A DNA stretch of 64,000 nucleotides, from the NCBI RefSeq assembly GCF_009834535.1, contig NC_045696.1, positions 43,898,001-43,962,000 on the forward strand, written 5' to 3'. This DNA is from Camelus ferus. Its lineage: Eukaryota. This document shows positions 26,671 through 40,959 of this stretch, in pieces. A program made the translations under genes and the position numbers. The notes under the pieces were generated by a model. The model saw only the letters and a program-made list of their open reading frames with translations. It did no database searches and was not told the origin of the DNA. Position 1 is the first letter of the stretch; the number at the start of each line of letters is the position of its first letter.

Positions 26671-29600
26671 TTCTAGCTTAACTTTTAGCCCTAAAGTCAA
26701 AGACTGTTCAATCTTCACTGAAATCTTTATCCTACTACATCATCATTCCAACATTTAAAGAACTCTTTACATTCTCCTTAAAGATCTCAATATCTTTCTT
26801 TGCATAATATGGACCTTGATTTCCCCAAGAAGTATTGAACATTTCTTCCATGGCTCCCTTCTACTTCTTTAACTTTGATGTTAAACTTTTCTTTCACATT
26901 CTATATCAAGCCCACAAATAATTCTCTAATACCCTTCTTATAGATTTCATCTTCTGCTATGACATAAGAATCTACAACTTTTTAGATCATTCCATAATCT
27001 AGACCATTAATCTAGACGCTTTATAAAGATTCTAATATCCAGAGGTAGCTTTGCTATCATAATTTAGACCATGTATATTTCCTAACTATCCTGTGTTAAT
27101 TAAATCAAATACTTTGAATTTTTTAAGATTTTGTGTTATGTTTTATACTTTGTTTTACAATATCTCCCCTATGATCTGTGTTTCTCTTTATCCCAAAAGT
27201 GTTTGGTATTAATAGTCTAATTTTAGTTGACTCAAAAATTGTAAAGGGTCAAATTACTCATCCTGATATTATTAAAAAGCAAAAACAAAAAACATACATT
27301 TACTCTTCTAATATCAATCACCCTTTCCATATAGCCCTAAAAACTTGACTTGGCTATTTTCTAACACTGTTGCTATGGTCGCTTTAGGTTTACTCCCTGC
27401 TCTCAATCTTCAGGACACCTTTCTATGTAATAAACATAAAGATGTACTTGTTTCCATCTATGAAACAACATTCCTCTCTCCCTCTTTCTCCCTGCCACTT
27501 GAGGACAGATATCATTAATTTCTTTTCATTTCTTTTTTTTTTTTAACCCTTCCCACCCCCTTCCCCCACTTTTTTGCTTTTTGTAATTCTTTTTTTTTCC
27601 AATTAAGTGGATATGTCATAATTTATTTTACTGTTTCTCTCCTGCATTGTTTCCAGTTTGAAAATATGATACAAAATTCTTTGACAAGTGTCTGTGTTCA
27701 TAATGCATCTGCATTTATAATTATATCCTTAAGGGAGATCCAGAGAGGAATTCCTAAATCAGTGGCTATGAATGGGTCGAAGGTTCTACTGAGTCACAGG
27801 GTGGGAAGGCTTATTAGGATGTAAGGCCAGAATGACACAGCTGGACAATACTTTCATTTGTCCCTGGGCAGCTTCTTCTCCCATCCCCCACAGCAATGAC
27901 CCTTACTGCTCTCAAGCATCACATGGTCTTGGTCCCCATCCCTTCACATCTTCTGAATGGATAATTTTGCTTCCTTCTTCAGAGAAGATTAAAGTTACTG
28001 AGAGTGAACTCTCTCAGCCCAACAACAAGAATTCTTGACTAGACTTAAAGTTCCTTGAAGATATGGTCTTAGCTAATTTTTTAATTATTATATGTTATAG
28101 AGAAAACACTGCATTGGAATCAAACAGAACTAATCCCAATCTCTGCCCTATTATTTTCAAGTCTTAAAAGTTAAAGTTACTTTACCTTTGGAAGATTAGT
28201 TTTTCACCTATGAAACAGAGGTTTTTCTACATCAGAGTACAAGGGCATATGGAAAGTGATGAATAATAGATGTTTTCCTGTTCCTTACCGCCTTTCCATC
28301 CACTATTAAAACCCATAAATTGTTTGGCAATGTGCTTTAAATGTAGTAAGCATTAGGGAAGTTTTCAGAGTAGAAATAAATTAAAAATATACCATAAATA
28401 TTATGCGTGTTATCTTAAATATAATACAACCTTAATATTTATTATTATTTTAATATTTTAAATATATAGCATTCATTCAGGTAATTCAGAAAATCTCATG
28501 ATAATTTCATAGGATTTTTACAATTTCCTTTCAAAATTAACCAATATTTCTGCTGATATTTTAATTCTTAATATGTAAGCACAGGTATTCCTGAAATTAC
28601 ATTAAAATACAAGAAGGATTAACTTAGAAAAACATTCAAGTGGATATTTTTCTTGAGGTTCTCTATATGCTCCATTTTTAGAATTCTTAGTTACTTTCTG
28701 AAAATTATCATTTTTAACTGAAATAGTAATACTTTGAAAACATCTATCTAGCCTGTTCATTTTTGTACCAGCTGCTATGAAAAAGCCTGCATATAGCAAA
28801 TTAGTAAAAATTTACCTTTATCTTTTATTCAAGTAGATGATAATTTTTCTCAGGTATTAGAATGATTTCCTGGAAATATATCCATTACAAAAAATGATAT
28901 TATAGAAGATAAAAAATCTTAGTAATCCAATCAATTTCCCAGATGAAATGCAAATCTTTCTCTCTTTCTCACACAAACACACACTCTAGTTTCTCAAAAA
29001 GCTCCCTACCTGGTTAGTATATGAACAATTTATATCAAATTTTCAGGAAACAAATAATTTCCGGATGCAATGTGCCTATCAGGGTATAATATATAGTAGG
29101 GATTTCTTCCTGAGAACAATATCCCATCACTGTAATATGAGGAAAGTCAAATTTGAAGAGCTCCTGTCTTCTCTAGGGAAAAAGAAATGAAAGCTCAACC
29201 ACCAATATGTTATGAATCAGTGATAATTTGACTAGCTGCATCAACTTCTATGGAATAAGTATAGTATAGAATGGTTCAACATTGTATTTAGCCCAATAAA
29301 TTAAGAATGCTTGAATACTGCCCTGCTTTATCAAATAGGATTGTTGTTATAAACAACATTAACTGACACCATTTCATTAAGTAGAAGACAATAATCAATT
29401 TCTTGAAAGGATAAAGGTAGCTAAAATAATAAAAGGAAGAGCCTAACAGGCAGATACAGGAAGGATAAACAGAAGGCAACAATGGTAATCTTAGCAGCAG
29501 GAACTCATTAATGTATCTCTAGTACTAGGGCATTGCCATCAGGATGATTTATCTTCTTGCATTCTTGAGTGACTTCATTTAAAATTCAAATTCCCATGAA

Positions 29601-30902
29601 AAGATAGAATGAGATTCATCTTGTTTAGATCACGTCTGCTTCCCCAGATTGGGTTCTATCTTTTGCTTTTACTCACTTCTCTTGCCTTGAATGCACAAAA
29701 TGCTTGCCATCTGGTAATTATGTACTAAAAGAGTTTATGAAGGAGGAAGCAGCTTAACTTAGGCCATGTTCCTGGTTACGTTCCTCACCCAGTGGATTTG
29801 AGAGCACTATTCTAAGATTATGGAAAATTGATAGCAGTAAAGATTATTTTTGTTTTCCAATTATCATTTCCTCTTAGCTTATGATTTCTTAAGGAAAACT
29901 ATGGAAAACATGAGTGGTTTAAGAATGAAACCCTAGGATGAAGGGAAATTATAAGAGAGAGAAGAATGGAACTATTAGAAGCTATTAAAATCACTCATGG
30001 AGGGAGTAACATGTGCAAATATAAAAGAACATTATGAAGAGCACCAATAACTGTGTCACATGAGCTTTATTATATCTATAGAAGTAAACTGTATAAAAAT
30101 AGCTCAAAGAGCAAAAGTGGGTTAATAGTATTAAAAGTATTGTAGGTTTTGTGTTTCTGTAATGTGGCAAAAATACTAACTTAAAGAGGACAGAAAAATA
30201 AGCCGTAGTATATTCATACAAGGGAATAATATTTAGCAATAAAAATGATGAAATATTGATACAAATTATAACATAGTTATATCTCAATGAGGTTTTGTTA
30301 TGGAAAATTTTTTAAACTTCAGATTCCAAAGAGTACATACCATTACGAGCTTCCATTTATATGAAGTTAAATAGCAGTAAAAACAAATCTGTGAGGATGG
30401 AAATCAGAAAAGTGCTTATCTCTGAGATTTAGAAGCAGAAAGAAAAGGTGGACAAAGTAGATGAAAGGATGACGATTGCCAACAGAATATGGCAATCTAC
30501 AAAAAGATATAAAATAAACATTTTAAGTGAAAAATAAATTATTTAAAATTTAAAAATTCAGTAAATGTGAAAATTACTATTGCAGATAATAAAAAGTGAT
30601 TAATCTAAAAAGTGAAAACAAAAACAAAGAAATATAAATGGATGGGCCAATGAGAAAATAAATGGCAATGTGATATATATGAAAAATTAACTTTATAAGT
30701 AATTATAATTAATATAATTGGACTGTATAAATCTAGGTAAAATATACAACTTTCAAATGGTTAAAAATAAAAATATTCTCTTATGCTAATCTCACTATGA
30801 AATTGCACTAAACAATATATATAGAACATAGGACATAATGTTTGATGGAATTCACATTCTTTTAAAATACACATGTACTATTCATAATAGGAAATACATA
30901 AT

Positions 30903-31195
30903 TTTTCCCAACCTTAATGAGATATAATTGACATACAACACTGTGTAAATTCAAGCCGTACAATGTGATGATTTGAAATACACATATAATAATGTGGAAT
31001 AATTAACACATTAAGGTTAATTAACACATCTATCACCTCACATAGTTACCATTTTTGTGTGTGTTTATTGTGAGAACTATTAAGATCTACTATTTTAGCA
31101 AGTTTCAATTATACTGTACAGTATTGTTAATGTAGTTGCTTAGTACATTTGATCCACAGAACCTATGCATCTTATGACTGGAAGTTTGTACCTTT
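30903..31195 (-). mobile_element. L1 3' end fragment (L1MA-like), antisense, abutting the truncated left end of Tigger1
   Basis: gagatataattgacatacaacactgtgtaaattcaag...acatctatcacctcacatagttaccatt...taagatctact...ggaagtttgtacc is the reverse complement of a typical L1MA 3'UTR terminus. Confidence 0.8.
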
Positions 31196-31199
31196 TTGG

Positions 31200-33984
<2,785 letters not shown>

Positions 33985-33989
33985 TACAC

Positions 33990-35060
33990 AGACACATACA
34001 TACACACTCCAGTTGTTTATTAATAATGTATGTAAAATACAAAATGTTAATGAGAATATAAAACAACCTGAATATTAATAGAATTTTATTGAGAATGTAA
34101 ATTGATACAAGTACTTTGTAAGGCAGTTGAATATACAGCGAATTTATGTCTGTACAACTACATTCCTAGGTGCATTCCAGCAAAAAGGCATTCATTTGTT
34201 CAACAAAAGTCATGCATTAAATTGTTCTAAGCTATAGAATTCATTGTATTTCTAAACTTAAATCTACTAAAATTTTTATTGCTAATAAGGTAGACAATAT
34301 GCTACATTCATACAACAAAATAGTTTACAACCATGAGAATGAATAGTATAAATAAACACAATGAAAAGAATGAATTTCATAAATATAATATTGAGCGAAA
34401 GAAGCCAGAAACAGTTTTATGTGTTAACTTATCTAAGGTATTGTCTTCAGTATTCAATCAAACACTAATCTAGGTGTTGCTGTGAAGCTATTTTGTAGAT
34501 GTGATAAAAGTCACTTATCAGTTGACTTTAAGAGAAATTATCCTAGGTAATCTGAACGGGCCTAATCCAATCAGTGGAAAGTCCTTAAGAACAGAACTGA
34601 GGCTTCCCTGAAGAAGAAATTTTGCCTTTGGTCTGAAGCTTTAGCCCATGCCTGAGAGCTCCAGGTTTCCCTTCCTGAAGGCCTTGCTTAAGGACTTTAG
34701 ACTTGCCTAGCCAGCCCCCAAAATCATACAAGGCAATTTCTTGTAATAAACTTCTTTACATAAATCCCACTGATTTTGTTTCTCTGCTTGAACCCTGACT
34801 GATACAAAGATTATATTTATACACAAAGTACACCAAAAGGCAAAACTAATTTATGTTGTTAAAAATCAAGATAGTGATTACTCTTAGTGAAATGTAGTAA
34901 TAGGGAGGGAAAATAGGTATCTTCCAGGTGGCCAGTAATGTTCTGTCTCTTGATCTCAATGTTGGTTACATGGGTGTTCATTTTTATTAAAATTCAGCTA
35001 AACTCCAAGTTTATTTACTAGGTATACTATGCCACTTTTCTGAATGTTAGACTTCAATAA
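33990..35060 (+). mobile_element. Old L1ME-like 3' region, interrupted by an MLT2 LTR
   Basis: gagaatgtaaattgatacaagtactttg, aatgaatttcataaatataatattgagcgaaagaagccaga, gtaatgttctgtctcttgatct...ggttacatgggtgttc...acttcaataaaaaa. Confidence 0.7.
34413..34806 (+). mobile_element. ERVL solo LTR (MLT2D-like)
   Basis: ttcaatcaaacactaatctaggtgttgctgtgaag...gggcctaatccaatcagt...aataaac...gtttctctgcttgaaccctgactgataca. Confidence 0.85.
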
Positions 35061-35069
35061 AAAATAGGA

Positions 35070-35450
35070 AAAACAGAAGTTTGGGATTGTGAGAATCTGG
35101 GAGTTCACAGGATGGGTGAGCATGGCTTAGCTTTCTCAGTAGGAGATTGCCCACATGCTGATACAACCACTTAATTGTTGCAAAAGGCCATTTCTTTGAT
35201 TGTTGAAAGTTTCTAGAGGCCAGAATCAACTGCCACTACTGAGGCAACATGAATGGAAAGAGTAAGCCAATAGTTGGAAGAGATTTCCTTGTTCATTCTT
35301 ACTACCTTCCAACATTCCTTTGGTATTTCCTATTTTTACAACCTAATATGAAGCTGCTAGCAAAACAATCTGGGCATGAGTTTGCAAAGTTCCAGTCTCA
35401 GGATCACAGAGGAGAGAAAGATTGACTTAGAACTGAGAAGCAATAGCCGA
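35070..35450 (-). mobile_element. Old ERVL LTR remnant (LTR33-like)
   Basis: aagctgctagcaaaacaatctgggcatgagtttgcaaagttccagtctcaggatcacagag...agaactgagaagcaatag. Confidence 0.5.
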
Positions 35451-35605
35451 AAAGCAAACAAACAAACAAACCAAAATAAACAATCTAGTATAGTTGTTGG
35501 GAGAATAAAACGAGATAATAAATTTGAGATTCTTAGCAATGTTTGGAACACTTTTACATATCAGAAAAAAAAGATTCATAGTTATTCATAACATTATAAA
35601 CAGAA

Positions 35606-35632
35606 CCTAAGAAACATCAGATGTTTCTTAGG
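35606..35632. repeat. Perfect inverted repeat with 13-bp arms and a 1-nt spacer
   Basis: cctaagaaacatc-a-gatgtttcttagg. Confidence 0.95.
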
Positions 35633-35998
35633 CTAAGACATTTGGGCAAGTTAAACACATTGATTTCACAGTATAGATATATTTATTTATTCTTCCTGTA
35701 TCTAACAAATAGCAGTGGCAAGACAAGTCAGAAAAAGAACTAAGAAATTCATCTGCCAAGTCATTTAGGAATATTGTAAGGAGAAAAAAAATGAGGCAAA
35801 AGGTCTATTAGTTTCTTTAATAAGGGACTCTAACTTACTACACCCCCTACTCTATCAGGAGTAACACTTGACCTCATGAATCATCAATCCAATATTTTAG
35901 AAATGATAGTCTGTTAGAATCAATCTAGCTTTGATCATTGAATTTTGCAATATTTATGTCCCTTGAAAATAAAAGGATGTTGAAAGATTCTGATGGTT

Positions 35999-36099
35999 TT
36001 CAGAATTGTAACAAATATAAAAAAGAATTTTGTCTACAGAGAAGGCTTGAATTCAGAATTATAACAAATGTAAAAAGAATTTTGCATACAGAGAAGGCT
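35999..36099 (+). repeat. Imperfect tandem duplication, period 53 bp
   Basis: ttcagaattgtaacaaatataaaaaagaattttgtctacagagaaggct (35999-36047) versus ttcagaattataacaaatgtaaaaagaattttgcatacagagaaggct (36052-36099). Confidence 0.9.
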
Positions 36100-36599
36100 A
36101 CTGTGTCAGTCAATTTAAGGCTTACTGCAGTAACAAACAGCTTCCTAATCTTAGTGCCTTCTGATAAACATTGTTAAATGTCTTGCTCATATCACATGTC
36201 CCTCTTAGGTCAAATACAGTTTGGCTATAAATCTTCTTTAACTAATATCCAGGATAAAGGCTGAGCCCATATCTGAGATGTCCTGGTAATGTAGTAGACA
36301 CAAAGAAAACTAGACTCTTAAAGCTTTGTCCAAAAAGTAAAACAAGTTACTTTTGCTCATATTTACAGGTCAAAGCAAGTCACACAGATAAGTTTGACAT
36401 GAGTTGAGCAGGAAATTATAATTTTTGAGTAAGGAGCTGCAGTGGATATTTTGAACAGTTTTGAAAATGATCACATTCTTGACAGAATAGCACTCAGACC
36501 ATCTATAGTTATAGTACCAAACTATGACCTCAAGTTTGTTGAGTCAATTCAGTAAGAGTTTGATGAGAAGACTATGTATATATTATAGATTCAAACATA

Positions 36600-37800
36600 A
36601 TTGTTTTACAGGATGAGCCAGAAGGTCAAAGCCTTCCTCACAAAGGTGTCCTGAAAATGATGCAATAGGGCAAGGAACTCAAAGAAAAATGAATATGGAG
36701 GTTAAAAAAAAGGTAAACATAGATTGAAAGGGATGAAAATTTAAGAAGAAAATAAAGTAATTGATAGTTTAAAAATAAAACCAAATTGATGCTAAAGCCA
36801 AAAATAAAGATCATAAACTAAGAAAAGAAAACCTAGTGGGAATTAAAAGACTATAAAATTTGGATAAAGTTAGGAAATAGAGGAAGATATACAAATGCAT
36901 CATTCCCAGTGTCTTCAGTTCCAAATTTTAAAAGAGTTGATGTGGCACTGAATAAAATTTCAGAGGATAACAATAAAAATTGACAGTAAAAATTAGCAGG
37001 ATTGAAATTCATTCCCTGGTTGCTGAAGTTGATAGTTAGGTAGAAGTTGGAACTCCTGGGAACTCAACAAGAACAACAGGAAGATTGAGTTCACATAATT
37101 CAGTTTTAATGATAGATTCAGGATAATGTTGAACACTGAAACTTTTTACTGTGCATGAACATTACCTACAGAAGAGAGGAAACAAAAATATCAGCTGTGG
37201 CTGGGGGGTATGCTGATGGATTGCATTCCTGGGTTCCTGCTTGTTTTGGAGCTTTACTTTATGGAAGGGAATTTATAATCGCAAAATATTTTGTAGGACT
37301 TATTCTCAAAAGAGACCATAATGATCCTAGTGTTCTTTGGTATTTCACACATTCATGAAATAGCAAATTGTAACATAAATACCTATAGTAATAGCAATGG
37401 AGATGATTGCTTTGGGGCTATTGAAGCAGAAAATTGCAAGTAAAATTTGAACTTTGACAAACTGAGCCAGGAAATTGAGAATTATTTTGAATGATGATGT
37501 TATTCCTTATGGGAAGGAATGAGACCAAAGTGCAGCAGCATAGGATCAAGAAGTGGAAGAAGCTAACTGAAGGATAATGCAAAGGAGAAAGGAGAAAGAA
37601 TCAGAATTAAATCCTCAAGTAAATCTGAAAACACATTTCCAGAAATACATTCGTCATAAACAGTTAACATGGTAACTGTATTATAATTACACATAATTGT
37701 GATTTTCCTTTTAAATGATACCCTTTCCTCTTTATCTGCCTAATTTTTCCTGGAGTAAACAAGTCTCTAAAGCTTGAGGTCTCTCCTACAGGAACTTTGG
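36600..37800 (+). mobile_element. Putative ancient hAT (Tip100/Zaphod-like) transposase remnant
   Basis: Purine-rich, coding-like decayed sequence; 37417-37476 reads AIEAENCK*NLNFDKLSQEI, resembling the C-terminal hAT dimerisation motif. Boundaries approximate. Confidence 0.4.
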
Positions 37801-37899
37801 CCATTCTTTTGTGAATATGTGCAAATTCATAAATTAACAGGGGATACTTTTTTGTATATTAACCTGTAATTTAATACTTCATGATGGATATGATAGACA

Positions 37900-38700
37900 T
37901 CCTCTGCCAATTGCTGCTAAAATACCTTATAGAAAAAAGCATTTATTTCAGGAATGAAAGATAATTCAACATCAAGTAATATACTAATATAATGTATTAT
38001 ATCAACAAAAAGGCCAGAAGGTTTTTACATTCATAATATATGCTAGAAAACAAATCACCTGCTAAAATACAGTCCTTATTAAATTGGTATAGATGTAACT
38101 CATTCTTTTTTGTTTATAACTGCATACAATTTTATATTGTAAATGTACTACATTTATTTATAATAAATATTTAAGTAAAATAAATTTGAAGCAAATAATA
38201 CAAATATGGCTGAAAACTTAGTAAGAGCCTATTTACAAAGGTAAATAATCCTAAAAGTACTACATTACATTTTAGGAACAAGAGAGGATACTTACCACTA
38301 TTATGTTTCAACATTGCTTGGCTGTTTCTAGGTAATAAAATTAGAAAGGAAAATGAAATAATTGACAAATCATAAAAAAGGAGTTATAATTATCCGTATC
38401 TGGAAATAGTATAATTATCAGCATACTAACACATTCTATTATTAAGTTAATTTGTTAAGATAACAGTAATAAGAATTTTTTCCACATTAGACATTATCAG
38501 TTAGAAAAGAAAATTTTAAAAATTATTCTATTCACAATAGTGTCAAAAACTACAAAACACTTAGAAGTCATTTAGTAAGAAAGGAAAGGAATAAGACTTA
38601 CATAAGAAAAAAGTATAAAATAGTATTATAGGGTATAAAATAAGATCTAAAGCAATGGAAAGAGTTAACATAGTTCTCTGTAACAAGAATTGTTAGGTAA
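37900..38700 (+). mobile_element. Diverged L1 ORF2 fragment
   Basis: atttatttcaggaatgaaagataattcaacatc, caggaacaagagaggatacttaccactattat-type and ttctattcacaatagtgtcaaaaactacaaaacacttagaa remnants of L1 ORF2. Confidence 0.65.
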
Positions 38701-38868
38701 GTTCCAGCAAATTTATAATACACTATCAAGCTCTTGAAATCAATGAGTTATATTTTTATAACAATTGTCCTGGAGTTATGTTTCTTTCAGTGTGTATGTT
38801 GACCCCTTGTATCTATCCTTAATTCTTGAAGATGCTGTCCTTCATTGTAACTGTTAGATAAAGATAAA

Positions 38869-39566
38869 TTTTGTTTTAAATTTTTATACAATTTTAAAGG
38901 TTACACACCATTTACAGTTATTACACAATATTGACTATATTCCCAGTGTTGTATGATACATCGCTGAGCCTATCTTACATCATTGGCTATACCTCACACT
39001 CTCCTACCCTTATGTTGCCCCCTTCACTGGTAACCAATAGCTTATTCTCTATGTCTGTGAGTCTGCTGCTTTTTTTTTGCTGTTGTTATAGTCACTAGTT
39101 TGTTGTATGTTTTAGATTTTGCATATAAAATAATATACAGTATTTGTCTTCCTCTGTCTGACTTATTTAGCTTAGCATGATGCCCTCCAAATCCATCCAT
39201 GGTGCTGCAAATGGCAAAATTTTGTTCTTTTTGAAATAACTGAGTAGTATTTCAAAGTGTGTGCATGTGTGTGTGTGTGTGTATGTGATTCTTTATCCAT
39301 TCATCTTCATTCTGTGGTCACTTAGGTTGCTTCCATATCTTGACAATTGTAAATAATGCTGCTGTGAACATTGAGGGGCATGTATCTTTTCAAATTAGTA
39401 TTTTTGTTTCTTTCGGATATATACCCAGAAATGGAATTGCTGTGCCATATGGTAGTTCTATTTTTAGTTTTGTGAGAAATCTCCATGCTGTTTTCCACAA
39501 TAGTTGCACCAATATACATATCCATCAACAGTGTACAAGGGTTCCTTTTTCTCTACATCCTCACCA
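38869..39566 (-). mobile_element. 5'-truncated LINE-1 3' end, antisense
   Basis: Antisense L1 signature (ttgtaaataatgctgctgtgaacattgaggggcatgtatcttttcaaattagt...ctccatgctgttttccacaatagttgcacc) and a T-rich tail at the left end; ORF 39322-39528(-) is L1 ORF2-like. Confidence 0.92.
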
Positions 39567-40119
39567 CTAGGCTCATCAGAAGAACAAATAAAGCAATTTA
39601 GATTCATATGAATAGTAAGTTAATTTCACAGACTATGATATTGCCAGCAAGAAATATATCAGGTCTTCAATAAGTTCTTGAAGTCACAGGCACGGATGTC
39701 TTCTGTATAACTGTAAGGACCAACAGAATGCACCTTTCAGACTCTCAAATGGTTTCTTTGTGCAATTTTACATAGTGCAGTGATTTTCAGCAACCTGTCT
39801 ATTGTGTTATATTGGAGCTGATGGTACTGAGATTGAAATCCAAGGCCTGTAATACCCTCCTTGATTTGATCATGCCCCTCTGTGACTACTTTTCCTACAC
39901 CTGACTTTGTCCACGTCTTATTGGTCCTCATAAGGGTCTTCTATCTTTTCCTCAAAGCTGTCAAACACTTTAAGTCTTCTGAACAAGTTATTAGTGCTAT
40001 CTGAAGTACTATTTCCTAAGATATTGGAATAGCTGCCTCCTTTGTTATCCAAATTTTATACAAAGTATCACCTAATTTGAGAGACCTTAATTGACTAAAC
40101 ATTTTAGAGTAGTTCCTCA

Positions 40120-40590
40120 TTTTCTTACTATACGCACATACTTTACAATGACACTTGATCTTTTTTCCATCAAGATTTGGGGTCCCTGTCCCCACCTTAT
40201 GAGTCTGAGCTGACCTTGCTTTGACCAATAGAATATCAAGGAAATGAGAGAGTACCAGTTTTGAACACAGTCCACAAGAAGCCATGCTTTCTTGAAACCA
40301 GGGAAATAAGCCCAGGGATTATAAATCTGCTGGATTATAAGAGACACATGGCCTAGTTGTGCCTGTCATGCCAGCTGATAGCAGACCACATCTACTGTGA
40401 CCATCCTAGATTCATCACTTCTAGTCAACTTACCATTGTCAGTTAGGAAGCCCAACTGATACCATCTGAGCCTGGCTCACATCAGCAGAGTGGTCCAAAT
40501 GAATCACAGGCTCATGAGTAACAATAAATGCTTACTTTAAGCTGCTAAATTTGGAAGGGATTTATTATTCAGGAATAGTTAAATGATATA
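40120..40590 (+). mobile_element. Old MaLR LTR (MLT1F/G/H-like)
   Basis: cttgctttgaccaatagaat...aataaatgcttactttaagctgctaaatttggaagggatttattattcaggaatagttaaatgata. Confidence 0.7.
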
Positions 40591-40959
40591 AACAACTGTT
40601 TTATTTTCTATTTGAATTAGTTATTTGTTAATTAATTTTATCACTGACTTAAATGAAGTCCATGAGAGGAGCACCTTGTCTTTTTCACTGCTGTATCCCC
40701 AGAGTATAGACATACACCTACACCTGTATCTATATTTATACCAATAACTGTATTTTTTTCTATTTATCTTTTATGAGAGAGTGATTTCAAAGAATGGTCA
40801 CCAAAATATTATCATGATTTGCCTCACTTTGAAGATTTATGCTTCTGGCACATTTTATTTACTTATTTTCTTCTTTCATGTAAGATTTTTTTTAAATGAG
40901 CATTCATTTTATTTTAAAACATACATTTATTCTCAAAAATGAATTATTGCTGAAGTCAA

